64,000 nucleotides of DNA, from the NCBI RefSeq assembly GCF_035084215.1, contig NC_090335.1, forward strand, positions 39,246,001 to 39,310,000, in the 5' to 3' direction. This document shows, piece by piece, positions 51,509 through 64,000 of the stretch (position 1 is its first letter; each line of letters opens with the position of its first letter). Made by a program: the position numbers and the translations under genes. The notes below the pieces were generated by a model that had not been told where the DNA came from, made no database searches, and saw only the letters and a list, made by a program, of their open reading frames with translations. This stretch comes from Heptranchias perlo (lineage: Eukaryota).

Positions 51509-54500
51509 CGCCCTCGAACCCCCCTGTGTCAGAAACCTGCTTGTCAAATGCCGATAGTCTCCGTGAATGCTAGTCAAGAACCATGGCTCTATCTACACAT
51601 GGGGGGAAAAACAAGTACCCTTTCTTGTTGATACGGGTGCTACTAATTCTTTATTGTCCAAAGAAATGGCAAAAGAAGCCCCCAAAATGGATAAAAGTGT
51701 ACAATGTGTTGGCCTATCAGGAGTTACACAAACCATGCAATGGTCAGAACCATTAGACATAAAATCAAAAGTATTCCACGGACAACATGCATTCCTACTA
51801 TCAGAGGATGCACCCGTTAATTTACTTGGACGTGATATATTATGCAAAATGAGAGCCACCATCATATGTACGGATAAGGGATTAGAAGCGTCTATCCCCG
51901 AAGAAACTTATGGGATGTACTCCCTTCGAGAATTTGAGCCACCCGTCATTTATAAATAGTCAATGAACAACAATGACTCTCTGGCCACAAAACTTCAAAG
52001 ATTGGTGGGGTCCATGCAATACGTATCTAGGGTGGCATCTGACTACCTAGCATTCCTTAATTTAACCTCCTGGAAAAATAATTTACACTGCACAGCCTAC
52101 TTTGATAAAACTGGACACGATATTTGTGAAAAATGTTTTTATCAAACATTTGAAGGACGTGAATTTAATCTCACCTGCGATACGGTCCTGATAGGACTGG
52201 CTGGCATAGCTGTGTCAATCATACTACCCAGCGAGGTAAAACCCTTATTTAAGGTAGCCGACAGTGCGCCCCACTGCACTCTGGCAGTTGCAGAAGGCCA
52301 CAGTCAAAAGGACCTTGGACCCATGGTCAAGCGCTTAAACCATGGACTAAAGTTGCGGATATCCGAGGAGGTACTGTAATACGGCTGGATGAAGGAGCTG
52401 GCTTTGCCATTTTCATATATCCTTCTGTAAATAATCACGCAACTTTTGAACGAAAGGTGTTAGACAGAGACTTACTCGGAAACCGGAGTGAATATGTATG
52501 TACCTTGGAAGCAGCGAATCTGTTAGAAAGGGTCCCGGAGCAGGTCTGGTCCCAATATGTGAATGAAGTGGGAAAAATGCTAACTGCTCAGCCATACAGG
52601 GTTACCATGAAACCTGGAGTGCCCTTCCCTCGAGTGTCTCAATACCCCATGTCAGCAGAGGCAGAAGAAGGCATCTCCATGGTGGTATCGGACTTGTTAA
52701 ATCAGGGAATCATTATACCAACTAAAAGCCCTTGCAACACTCCTATTTTGCCTGTTCAGAAGAGGCAAACAGGCAAATGGCGGCTCGTACAAGATTTACG
52801 GGAAGTGAATGCCTCTGTTCTCCCTGTATACCCTGTTGTGCCCAACCCTGCTGTAATTCTCACCAGTATACCTTGTGACTCCACCCATTACACAGTGATT
52901 GACTTATGTTCAGCATTTTTCAGTGTCCCAATTCATCACGACTCCCAATTTCTTTTCGCTTTCACGTTTAAGGGGAAACAATATACATGGACACGATTAC
53001 CTCAAGGTTACACTGAAAGCCCAACCATATTTTCACAATGTTTGAAAGCAGACTTACAGGACATCGTCTTAGAAGCAGGTTCCGCTCTGATCCAGTATGT
53101 AGACGATTTGTTAATAGCCTCGCCTAATTCTTCTGCCTGTCAGGCTGACTCTATTACCATGTTATGTGCCCTCGCTAAAAAAGGACACAAAGTCTCTTGG
53201 TCTAAACTCCAGTTTGTTTCGGAAACTGTAGAGTATTTGGGACACGAATTATATAAAGACACTCGACGATTATCAAAGAAAAGAGTCACAGCTATTTGTG
53301 AGGCTCCCGTCCCACAGACCCAACAACAATTGAAACATTTTCTTGGAATGACAGGATACTGTAGGCAATGGATAATGGGTTATTCTGAAATAACAAGACC
53401 TTTACTGGACATGATGGGTGACGACAAGCCAGTCTATCTTATATGGAGCGATAAAACACGAGACCACTTTGAGCAGATGAAACAGGCATTAATATCTGCA
53501 CCTGCACTCGGACTCCCCAATTATGAACTACCATTCCATTTATATGTCCATCATAAAGCTGGGTTTGCACAAGCAGTCCTCACCCAATCTCACGGTGACC
53601 ATGAGAGACCGTTAGCATACTATAGTGTCCAGCTGGACCCGGTTGCTAGGGGACTACCTGGCTGCCTTCCGGCATTGGCTGCTGCCTCATATGCGGTGCA
53701 GAAAGCACAGACCATTACACTCAACCATCGAACCACCTTGTATGTGCCCCATTCGGTGGAAATCCTGCTGACACGATGTGCTTCCCAACACATCACTACT
53801 GCTAGAAGCAGCAGGTACGAAGTGGAATTGTTGTCAAATCCCAATCTTACTATACAACGCTGTACTACCCTGAATCCAGCTACTTTGCTGCCTACTGAAG
53901 AAGGCGGATCACCACACTGCTGCGAGGCAGTAACTCAGTTAGTAGCCAAGCCACGAATTGACCTTTCTGAACAACCTATTTCGAACTGTGAATTAAACCT
54001 CTATGTTGATGGGTCAGCATTGCGAGATGAGGAAGGGTCCCCTCGTGCAGGCTATGCGATTGTTGATGACCATTTTGCTATTCACTACCACCCACCTTTT
54101 CAGCGCAACAGGCAGAACTATTCGCCCTCACACGAGCTTGTATTGTTGCTACTGGGAAAACAGCCACCATTTACACAGATTCACGATATGCATTCGGCGT
54201 TGCACATGATTATGGACAGATTTGGAAATTGCGTGGATTCCTGACATCAAATGGAACAACCATTAAAAATGCTGAACAGATTAACCATCTCTTGCTAGCA
54301 CTAATGGAACCCGGTTTGGTAAAATGTAAAGCCCATACCGGAGGACAAGACCATGTATCTCTGGGCAATAAAAGAGCTGATCTAGCAGCAAAACAAGCAG
54401 CACTTTCTGACACAGGACCTCTGGTTTCCCTTATGGTTTCCAGAGGGAAAGATCCAGAATCAGTACCCCCATCATTAAAAGATGTCATTGAACATCAGTC

Positions 54501-55653
54501 CAGGGCGGGGGAAAACAAAGTGGTGGAATGGGTTAATCATAATTGTACAAAGAACCGGGAGGGTTTATGCGTCCACCACGACGGCCGCGTGGTCACCCCT
54601 CGTCAACTCTTACCCTGGCTCACTAGATGTGTTCATACTTTTTCGCACGCTGGTAAGACCGGAATGACTGACTATGTGAATCAAACATGGTTTGCGCTAG
54701 GTCTAACCAAGGCTCTCACTCAAATTAGTGACCAATATACCATCTGTCATCAAATGAATCCTGGAAAAAATGAAAAGACAGTACGTTCTGTGCATCCGGG
54801 TCCTGAAGGACCCTTTACACACTTACAAATGGATTTTATTGAATTATCCCCATGTGTGGGATATAAATATGTGTTAGTAATACTTGACATGTTTTCTAGA
54901 TGGATTGAAGCTTTTCCATGTAGAAAGAATGATCCTACTGCTGTTGCTAAATTTCTGCTTAGAGAAGTTATACCGCGCTTCGGAATACCCCATAAGTTGT
55001 CGAGCGACAACAGGGCACATTTTACAGGAATCGTTGTAAAGGAACTGTGTAAAGGACTACAGATTGATCAACACTTTCACTGCAGTTATCACCCACAGTC
55101 ATCAGGCACAGTCGAGCGACACAATGGCATGTTAAAAAACAAATTGTCTAAACTTTGTGAGGAAACGGGACTCAAGTGGGTAGTTGTATTGCCTTTAGCC
55201 CTCATGGTCATGAGGTCCTCAACCAGCATGGTGACGGGACTGTCACCACATGAGATTGTAATGGGACGGCCACAGCACCTGCCATTTTCAGCACCCCTGT
55301 CCATGAAACAGATGGATATACATACAATGGAGGAGGACATGCTACAGTATTGTGTCGCGTTAACTAACTGTATTTCTAGTTTTCACCGACAGGTCAAACA
55401 AGCACAACTCGAACCCACAGGAGAGAGGTGTCACAGTATCGAGCCAGGAGATACTGTCTACATAAAGATCTTTAAGCGAAAGAATGGACTCCAGCCCCGG
55501 TTTGAAGGACCCTATCAAATGCTCCTCACAATGAACACCGCTGTTAAAGTGAAGGAACGACCTACATGGATACACGTGTCCCACTGTATAAAAAATCCCC
55601 ACACAAGGACCCCGGCGGCGGCGAACCAGACGAACCAAAAAAAACCTGATTAA
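51509..55653 (+). pseudogene. pol: pro-pol (PR, 2H domain, RT, RNase H, integrase)
   Basis: FLVDTGA and LLGRD; LVQDLR, IDLCSAFF, LPQGY, YVDD; YVDGS and YTDSRY; LQMDF, SSDN, SSGTVER, GPY; several frameshifts. Confidence 0.95.
51963..52379 (+). pseudogene. 2H phosphoesterase (CNPase-like) domain embedded in pol between PR and RT
   Basis: Two HxT motifs, LHCTAY (H at 52086) and PHCTLAVA (H at 52272), with CNPase-like intervening pattern; same frame as the protease. Confidence 0.8.
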
Positions 55654-55681
55654 TTAAACTATCATAAGAGACTGTTGCAGC

Positions 55682-58600
55682 ATGGCATGTCCTAAACTGT
55701 TAGATCATTTGAGAATAATTGGCTCAGCATGCCTGATCATATGGGTGGGAATTAGCATAGGTCCTGCTACAACCCCAGCTGCAAGTAGACCCAATCGTGT
55801 TTCAAGGGAACGGCATGTCAATACTTTCTTATACATGTCCTATATGTTTTTTTTTTATTCGTTCACAGGATGTGGGCGTCGCTGGCAAGGCCGGCATTTA
55901 TTGCCCATCCCTAATTGCCCTTGAGAAGGTGGTGGTGAGCCGCCTTCTTGAACCGCTGCAGTCCGTGTGGTGACGGTTCTCCCACTGTGCTGTTAGGAAG
56001 GGAATTCCAGGATTTTGACCCAGCGACAATGAAGGAACGGCGATATATTTCCAAGTCGGGATGGTGTGTGACTTGGAGGGGAACGTGCAGGTGGTGTTGT
56101 TCCCATGCGCCTGCTGCCCTTGTCCTTCCAGGTGGTAGAGGTCGCGGGTTTGGGAGGTGCTGTTGAAGAAGCCTTGGCGAGTTGCTGCAGTGCATCCTGT
56201 GGATGGTGCACACTGCAGCCACAGTGCGCTGGTGGTGAAGGGAGTGAATGTTTAGGGTGGTGGATGGGGTGCCAATCAAGTGGGCTGCTTTATCTTGGAT
56301 GGTGTCGAGCTTCTTGAGTGTTGTTGGAGCTGCACTCATCCAGGCAAGTGGAGAGTATTCCATCACACTCCTGACTTGTGCCTTGTAGATGGTGGAAAGG
56401 CTTTGGGGAGTCAGGAGGTGAGTCACTCGCCGCAGAATACCCAGCCTCTGACCTGCTCTCGTAGCCACAGTATTTATATGGCTGGTCCAGTTAAGTTTCT
56501 GGTCAATGGTGACCCCCAGGATATTGATGGTGGGGGATTCGGCGATGGTAATGCCGTTGAATGTCAAGGGGAGGTGGTTAGACTCTCTCTTGTTGGAGAT
56601 GGTCATTGCCTGGCACTTATCTGGTGCGAATGTTACTTGCCACTTATGAGCCCAAGCCTGGATGTTGTCCAGGTCTTGCTGCATGCAGGCTCGGACTGCT
56701 TCATTATCTGAGGTGTTGCGAATGGAACTGAACACTGTGCAGTCATCAGCGAACATCCCCATTTCTGACCTTATGATGGAGGGAAGGTCATTGATGAAGC
56801 AGCTGAAGATGGTTGGGCCTAGGACACTGCCCTGAGGAACTCCTGCAGCAATGCCCTGGGGCTGAGATGATTGGCCTCCAACAACCACTACTATCTTCCT
56901 TTGTGCTAGGTATGACTCCAGCCACTGGAGAGTTTTCCCCCTGATTCCCATTGACTTCAATTTTACTAGGGCTCCTTGGTGCCACACTCGGTCAAATGCT
57001 GCCTTGATGTCAAGGGCAGTCACTCTCACCTCACCTCTGGAATTCAGCTCTTTTGTCCATGTTTGGACCAAGGCTGTAATGAGGTCTGGAGCCGAGTGGT
57101 CCTGGCGGAACCCAAACTGAGCATCGGTGAGCAGGTTATTGGTGAGTAAGTGCCGCTTGATAGCACTGTCGACGACACCTTCCATCACTTTGCTGATGAT
57201 TGAGAGTAGACTGATGGGGCGGTAATTGGCTGGATTTGATTTGTCCTGCTTTTTGTGGACAGGACATACCTGGGCAATTTTCCACATTGTCGGGTGGATG
57301 CCAGTGTTGTAGCTGTACTGGAACAGCTTGGCTAGAGGCGCAGCTAGTTCTGGAGCACAAGTCTTTAGCACTACAGCTGGGATGTTGTCGGGGCCCATAG
57401 CCTTTGCTGTATCCAGTGCACTCAGCCGTTTCTTGATATCACGTGGAGTGAATCGAATTGGCCGAAGACTGGCTTCCGTGATGGTGGGGATATCGGGAGG
57501 AGGCTGAGATGGATTATCCACTCGGCACTTCTGGCTGCAAAACATCAAGGTATCTCTAGTTGCTGGGTGTGCTCACATATCCCTATCCACTCCAAGGGAG
57601 GCATTCCCCTCAGACCAGTCCCCTTAACTTCCCAAGAAATAGCGGAATGGGTAATAAATCAAATTGAAACTGACGGGAACAGAATGCGAGATAATGGCAG
57701 GGTGAACAAGAAGACAAGTAAGGCAATATTTGTGAGAGAACAATGGAAGGAGTATGCAAACACAACAAAATGTGAAACCAAATTTCGGGGGTGGTACCAA
57801 CCCAATTATGATCGGACCCATAAACCCCCGTTTTTATCCTCACAAATACATCAAGACCTAATGGAACAATATGTTTGAGTAAGAACTCAACAGGGGGTGA
57901 TATGATAGGATGGAGCAATTGCACTCAGTATGTAAATATGACAGAAACCAGCGGCGGTAGTACCATCAGATGGAAGCCTTGCACAGCGGCCAAATTTACA
58001 TAGACAGAATACATGTAGAAAGTTTTCCTGCAATAACTGTGTATAATGAAACTTACTTTATTTGTGGTCACAAGGCATACCCATGGTTGCCTCAAAAATG
58101 GACAGGATCATGTTACTTGGGATATGTAATACCATATGTCCGACACTTATCGTCCTTGCTTCAACATCCTCCTGGGCAACGAGTAAAAAGGGTAATTACT
58201 GAGGCCGACCAGTTCTGGGCCATTGCTTTCCCTAGGTGGGGAGCGGGTAAGGCCACCAGAGAAATCATTAATTTGGCCGAAACCTGGGAAGTAGTTGCTA
58301 ATGATATGGCAGAAGCCTTAAAGGAAATGAGCGCAGAGATGATAGCCATTCGTACGGTCACTTTACAGAACCGTATGGCCCTTGATTACCTATTGGCAGA
58401 GAAAGGAGGAACATGCGCACTAATTGGATCTGAATGTTGTACCTACATACCTGATAGTTCAGAGAAGATTACTAATTTGGCCGATCACATCCAAAAGGAA
58501 ATTGAGAAACTCAAGCAGCCCCCTTCGTTCACTCTTAGGGGTGGAGCAATTGGGTGGCTGGGTTCTATCGGGACTTCTCTAGTTCAAGGGATAGTCATAT

Positions 58601-58767
58601 TTGTTGTTATAGTTCTTATAGCTTATTGCTTATTCAAATGTTGCTCTGTTATGATGTCCAATCTGGGTACACATATAGCACCCACAAATTTAATGGTGCA
58701 AGTAGAGGTGGCAAAAGATGAGCTGCAGGAAGAGTTTGAACGCCTAGCTAGAGTAATGCTCTACTAG
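55682..58767 (+). pseudogene. env: env (gamma-type), split by a LINE
   Basis: Signal peptide, CWVC isomerase motif, RVKR furin site, ISD LQNRMALDYLLAEKGG, CX6CC, TM helix. Confidence 0.95.
55847..57537 (-). mobile_element. Young poly(A) LINE (same family as 11744-13968) inserted antisense in env
   Basis: Uninterrupted ~545 aa RT frame with FADD; poly(T) at 55847; tggctg microhomology at the 5' junction. Confidence 0.95.
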
Positions 58768-58789
58768 GATATTATCCTTTATAAAGGAC

Positions 58790-58801
58790 AAAAGGGGGGA
58801 A
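58790..58801 (+). other. Polypurine tract
   Basis: aaaaggggggaa directly before the 3' LTR. Confidence 0.88.
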
Positions 58802-59423
58802 TGTGGAAGTGCATAAAGGGATACTTGACCATATTAACTCTCTATTAATTCACCTAACTCACGAATGTGGAAGTGCATGAAGGGATACTTGACCATATTA
58901 ATTCTCTATTAATTCACTTAAACTCACATAATAAAGTTTCTCACAAAAACACATAGAAGCACAATTGTGTAATTACTTTGAGTTTCTCATGCTGATAGCT
59001 GTCCTCCCTTTAGATAGAGAGGTAGCTGACTACAGGAATAAATGGCCATATAGCCTTGAGACTAGCTACAGACCTACTGATAATAAAAGACAGTTTCTTA
59101 GGGAAAAGCACTTTCCCAGGCCTGCGTCCAAGATATCAAGATGGCTATGGGAACTCGAGGGTGGGTTCCCTATTTTGATTGACCAACTACCTGAGCCAAT
59201 AAAGAATGTACATGTAGGCCCATATTCTGTGACAGGTGGGTGTTGTTACTGAGCTGTATAAACATGAGCTGTTTCTTGAACTCAGCGAAGTTGTACCCTC
59301 AACCATTGTTTTGAGGTGCTCTTCCACTTGTATACAAGTTAATGTGCAATAAAGTTTCTCTTCGTACTATGTGTTTGGGTGTTAATGCATTTGTATAATA
59401 ATAAGTAATATTAAGTTTCGACA
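58802..59423 (+). repeat. 3' LTR (622 bp)
   Basis: About 10 substitutions versus the 5' LTR by eye; lacks 8 bp at the start. Confidence 0.93.
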
Positions 59424-59887
59424 GGTACAATTGAGAGAAGTGACCAGAAACTTCATGGTGGCCAATTTTACTGTTGCCATCATAAGAAAAATCAAGTTAC
59501 AACTGGGGCTGTGTACACATTTAGGCAGTCTATCATCAATGCAGCATGAATAGAAAATGTATGTTTAATATTCACTGAAAAAGCATAAGTATTCAAAAAT
59601 ATTTAAAGTTGAATTGCAAAATTAACCATTGTAATAGAAGGAAAACTGTTTAAACACAATTAAAACACAACATTAAAACAGTTATTATTCTGTCAATCCA
59701 CTAGAGGATGCAGGAAGTCATTTACTCCCAAGGAAAATATATCCATATTACCATATTCTACAGAACACTAACCACCATTAACTTGCTGACGTAAAAGTAT
59801 CTATATATTTTTCAAAGGATGGATTTGTGTGCAAATGTATGGCAAGATGTATTTTAAAGTTCTATTAATTGTTTTTTCCTTTTCCAG

Positions 59888-59941
59888 TGTTGTACCTGTC
59901 AGCAAGATACTACCAAAATCTGAACTACATTTAGCACCAAG
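59888..59941 (+). other. Candidate 54-nt exon of an unidentified plus-strand transcript
   Basis: Strong acceptor gttttttccttttccag, donor AG|gtaagg; only the phase-2 frame is open (VVPVSKILPKSELHLAP). Confidence 0.35.
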
Positions 59942-60529
59942 GTAAGGAATTTTCCTTTAGAATTTGCAGTGGATTTCCTCATGTTAAACTCTTTACCATG
60001 TTGAGAAGCAGTTGACCTATCTGAGGCTTTATAATGATAAGTTAAACTCAGAAGTAGGTGCAGTAATTGCTCAGTCAGATCTCATTTGAATATTGTAAAC
60101 TGTTTCACTGAAAGGTATGAAGCTCACAAAGCTCCTCAGTTTTGACAAGGCACTAAACACTTTGAGGTTGATCTTAGTGTATGGTATGCCTGCACCTGTT
60201 TTGTGAACAGGATAACATAGATCTGAAATTATGAAACTACTCCTGGGGCAGAGTCTCACTCTCAGGGAGTGCAGATTGAAGAATCTGCTGCAGTGGTCAG
60301 CATGCCTTAATCGCAGCATTCCTAATTTTCCAGCCATTAAAAACAATGGTGATAATTGGTGATAAATCGGCCATGCTGATCTCTGTGCCTGATTCTCTGA
60401 TCTGTGCTCCCATTGAGTGAGATCCATGCCCGGAGCACAGTTTTATAAATTTGGGGCTCATAAGTTGCTGTGTTTGAGTGTAAAAGGTTCAATTACCATT
60501 GACACAACAAAGCTATTCATTGCAGGTTT

Positions 60530-60690
60530 TCTCCTAACTCGCACCAAGTCCCATTCACCCATCATGCATTGTGCTCATTGACCTACATTGGCTCCCGGTC
60601 CGACAATGCCTCTATTTTAAAATTCTCATCCTTGTTTTCAAATCCCTTCACGGCCTCGCCCCTCCATTTCTCTGTAACCTCCTCTTTGTT
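60530..60690 (+). mobile_element. L2 fragment
   Basis: LIDLHWLPVRQCLYFKILILVFKSLHGLAPP. Confidence 0.8.
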
Positions 60691-61069
60691 GGAGATGTGC
60701 AGGACTTGAAGGGTGGCATGGTTCACCATATCAAATGCTGCAGAAAGGTTGAGGAGAACTAATGCACTACAATCAAAGAGAATGTTGTTTGTGATTTGGT
60801 CAGGGCCATCTCAGTGCTATGGACACAAATGAGTCCACAGCAGCTGCAAATCCAGCAGCACAAAAGACCCAGGTGAAATTTCCAACTCAAGCCCAAGGCT
60901 TTGGTCAGAAGAGTAGGCCTATGTGAATCAAACATCTTGAAGACATTTTCAATATTAAATAACCAATATTAATGGCAAGTTTAGTGTTTTTTTTTCAAAA
61001 TTATGTACTTTTGTTTTTTTAATTGTTTTACATTTTTTTCTTGCTGTATGCACTTAAGTGAAACAACAA

Positions 61070-61340
61070 CAACTTGCATTTCTGTCGCACTTTTAATGTA
61101 GAACAGGCGTAATCAAAAAAAGGGACGCTTAGCGAAAGAAGAAAATATTAGGAGGGCTTGGTCTAAGAGTTAGGTTTGAAGATGGGTCTTAAAGGAGGAA
61201 GGGAAGGCAAAGAACTGGAGGGGTTTAGGGAGAAAATTTCGGAGTGTAGGGCCTATACACCTGTAGGTACAGCTGCCAATGATAGGGCAAAGGGAGGGAG
61301 GATGCATGGGAAGCCAGATTCAGAGGAAAAGAAGGTTACG
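61070..61340 (-). mobile_element. L2 3' end (continues near 63300-63400 after the CR1 insertion)
   Basis: (CAA)n tail and similarity to 41200-41690. Confidence 0.65.
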
Positions 61341-61359
61341 GGGGCGTGGGGGTTCATGG

Positions 61360-63290
61360 AGTCATAGAAAGTTACGGCACAGAAGGAGGCCATTCATGTC
61401 CATGCTGGCCGAAAATGAGCTATCCAGCTTAATCCCACTTTCCAGCACTTGGTCCATAGCCCTATAGGTTACGGCACTTCAGGTGCATATCCAAGTACTT
61501 TTTAAATGAGTTGAGGGTTTCTGCCTCTACCACCCTTTCAGACAGAGAGTTCCAGACCCCCACCACCCTCTGGGTGAAATCCTCAGCCCCCCTCTAATCC
61601 TTCTACCAATTACTTTAAATCTATGCCCCCTGTCACTGACCCCTCTGCTAAGGGAAATAGGTCCTCCCTATCTACTCTATCTAGTCCCATCATAATTTTA
61701 TATACCTCAATTAAATTTCGCCTCAGCCTCCTTTGTTCCAAAGAAAACAACCCCAGCCTATCCAATCTTTTCTCATAGCTAAAATTCTCCAGCCCTGGCA
61801 ACATCATTGTAAATCTCCTCTGTACCCTCTCTAGTGCAATCACATCTTTCCTATAATGTGGTGATCACAACTGTATGCAGTACTCAAGCTATGGCCTAAC
61901 CAATGTTTGATACAGTTCTAGCATAACCTCCCTGTTCTTATAGTCTATGCCTCGGCTAATAAAGGAAAGTATGCCTTTTTAACCATCTTATCTATCTGTC
62001 CTGCTACCTTCAGGGATCTGTGGACATGCACTCCAAGATCCCTTTGTTCCTCTTCACCTCTCAGTATCCTCTCATTTATTGTGTACTCCCTTGCCTTGTT
62101 TGCCCTCCCCAAATGCATTACCTCATACTTCTCTGGATTGAATTCCATTTGCCACTTTTCTGCCCACCTGACCAGTCCATTGATATCTTCCTGCAGTCTA
62201 CAGCTTTCCTCCTCACTATCAACCACACGACCAATTTTTGTATCATCTGCAAACTTCTTGATCAAGCTTCCCACATCCAAGTCCAAATCATTAATGTACA
62301 CCACAAAAAGCAAGGGACCTAGTACTGAGCCTTGTGGAACCCCACTGGAAACAGCCTTCCAGTCACAAAAACACCCGTCAACCATTACTCTTTGTTTCCT
62401 GCCACTGAGCCAATTTTAGATCCAACTTGCCACTTTCCCTTGAATCCCATGGGCTTTTACTTTTTTGACCAGTCTGCCAAGTGGGACCTTGTCAAAAGCC
62501 TTGCTAAAATCCATGTACACTACATCAAATGCATTACCCTCATCGACCCTCCTTGTTACCTGCTCAAAAAATTCAATCAAATTAGGCAGGCACGACCTTC
62601 CCTTAACAAATCCATGCTGACTGTCCTTGATTAACCCGTGCCTTTCTAAATGATGATTTATGCTGTCCCTCAGAATCGATTCCAATAATTTGCCCACCAC
62701 TGCGATTAGACTGATTGGCCTATAATTACTCGGTCTATCTTTTTAAACAACAGTACAACGTTAGCAGTCCTCCAAACCTCCGGCACCACACTTGTATCCA
62801 TGGAGGATTGGAAAATGATGGTCAGAAGCTTTGCTATTTCCTCCCTTGCTTCTCTTAACAGCCTGGGATACATTTCATCCGGGCCTGGCGATTTATCTAC
62901 TTTCAAAGATGCTAAACCCTTTAATACTTCCTCTCTCACTATGTTTATCCCATCCGATATTTCACACTCCTCCTCCTCCTTAACTACAATCTCTGCATCG
63001 TCTCTCTTTTTTGTGAAGACAGATGCAAAGTATTCATTAAGAATCATACCCACATCTTCCTCCTCCACACATAGGTTACCTTTTTGGTCTCTAATAGGCC
63101 TTACTCTTTCCTTAGTTATCCTCTTGCTCTTTATGTATTTATAAAACATTTTTGGGTTTTCCTTAATTTTATTTGCCAGTATTTTTTCATGCCCTCTCTT
63201 TGCTTTCCTAATTTCCTTTTTAATTTTACCCCTGCACTTTCTATACTCCTCTAGGCTTTCTGCAGTATTGAACTCTCGGTGTCTGACATA
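61360..63290 (-). mobile_element. 5'-truncated CR1 LINE
   Basis: [36 protein letters not shown]. Confidence 0.92.
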
Positions 63291-64000
63291 GGTCTACAAC
63301 CTAAGGGTTGTAGGACTGGAGGAAGTTACAGAGACAGAGAGGGGTGAGGCCATAAAGGGATTTAAACAAGAAGATGAGAATTTTAAATTGGAGGTGCTGA
63401 GAAATGGAGAAAAAAGAAAATGGTAGCTGAAAGTAATGTGAGCAAATTATTCACATGATTTAATTGGTCTATTTTATGGTATATTCTGGTTTGCGATGGT
63501 AGCTTTGAAATGAAATTGATCATTTTGATTGCTTGGATTTCGACTGGATACTCATTTCTTACTGGTACTTTTTGCTACATTTAGTTTTGTTCACATTGGA
63601 TGGTTCACATTGGTAACTTAATGGATAAAAGGTTATTTGAGCCAATCACTATTTTTTGTCTTTGGATGTTTGCACTTTGGAGGTATGATACCTCTTAGGC
63701 TATACTTACAAGGATCTTGCCACTGAAAGATATGACACTAAGAATGTGCACTAAAAGCAAGGCTTTTAATTATTTAAGAATGTTGCAATATCATCTGACC
63801 TGAGGGAACCGAGTTGTCATGTAATTCAAATTATTGGAACTTGGACTTTTAAAGTATTTTCTCATTCAAACAGCCTAAGAACAATACCAAATTCCTGAAT
63901 TTTTAAAGTTTAAAAACAACTTGAACATAATCTCATTTTATTTACGAAGATTCCCAGAATGGGAAGAAATTCAGCGATAGTTAATAAGCCTAGCAATTCA

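Larger units (their letters stand above)
48404..59423 (+). mobile_element. Endogenous retrovirus, class I (gamma/epsilon-like), near full-length, defective
   Basis: LTR-PBS-gag-pro-(2H)-RT-RH-IN-env-PPT-LTR order. Confidence 0.97.

Noticed and set aside
1-64000. CRISPR arrays, rRNA/tRNA genes or prokaryotic operons
   Set aside because: None seen; the sequence is eukaryotic and the only tRNA-related match is the 18-nt PBS

Overview
Repeat-dense vertebrate genomic DNA. The repeat families (CR1/HER1-type LINEs, L2 tails, Deu-type SINEs, PIF/Harbinger elements) suggest a cartilaginous fish (inference). Three main elements stand out. (1) A spliced minus-strand host gene, largely missed by the ORF track, that I assembled from phase-1 exons: signal peptide (28875-28920), IgV (19486-19821), stalk (18092-18151), TM (17402-17482) and two tandemly duplicated cytoplasmic exons that each carry FYENV (6464-6529, 4242-4307). 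It encodes a single-IgV receptor of the TIGIT/CD226/PVR type, with ETS and RUNX motifs just upstream. (2) A cluster of PIF/Harbinger transposons and MITEs with 3-bp TSDs, including one copy inserted inverted into a sister copy to give a ~4 kb quasi-palindrome (35509-39632). (3) A nearly complete ~11 kb defective class I (gamma/epsilon-like) endogenous retrovirus (48404-59423) with a tRNA-Gln PBS, gag, pro-pol, env and near-identical LTRs. Its pol carries a 2H-phosphoesterase (CNPase-like) domain between protease and RT, and its env is split by a younger LINE. The rest is nested CR1/L2 LINE fragments. All alignments were done by eye; no searches were run.
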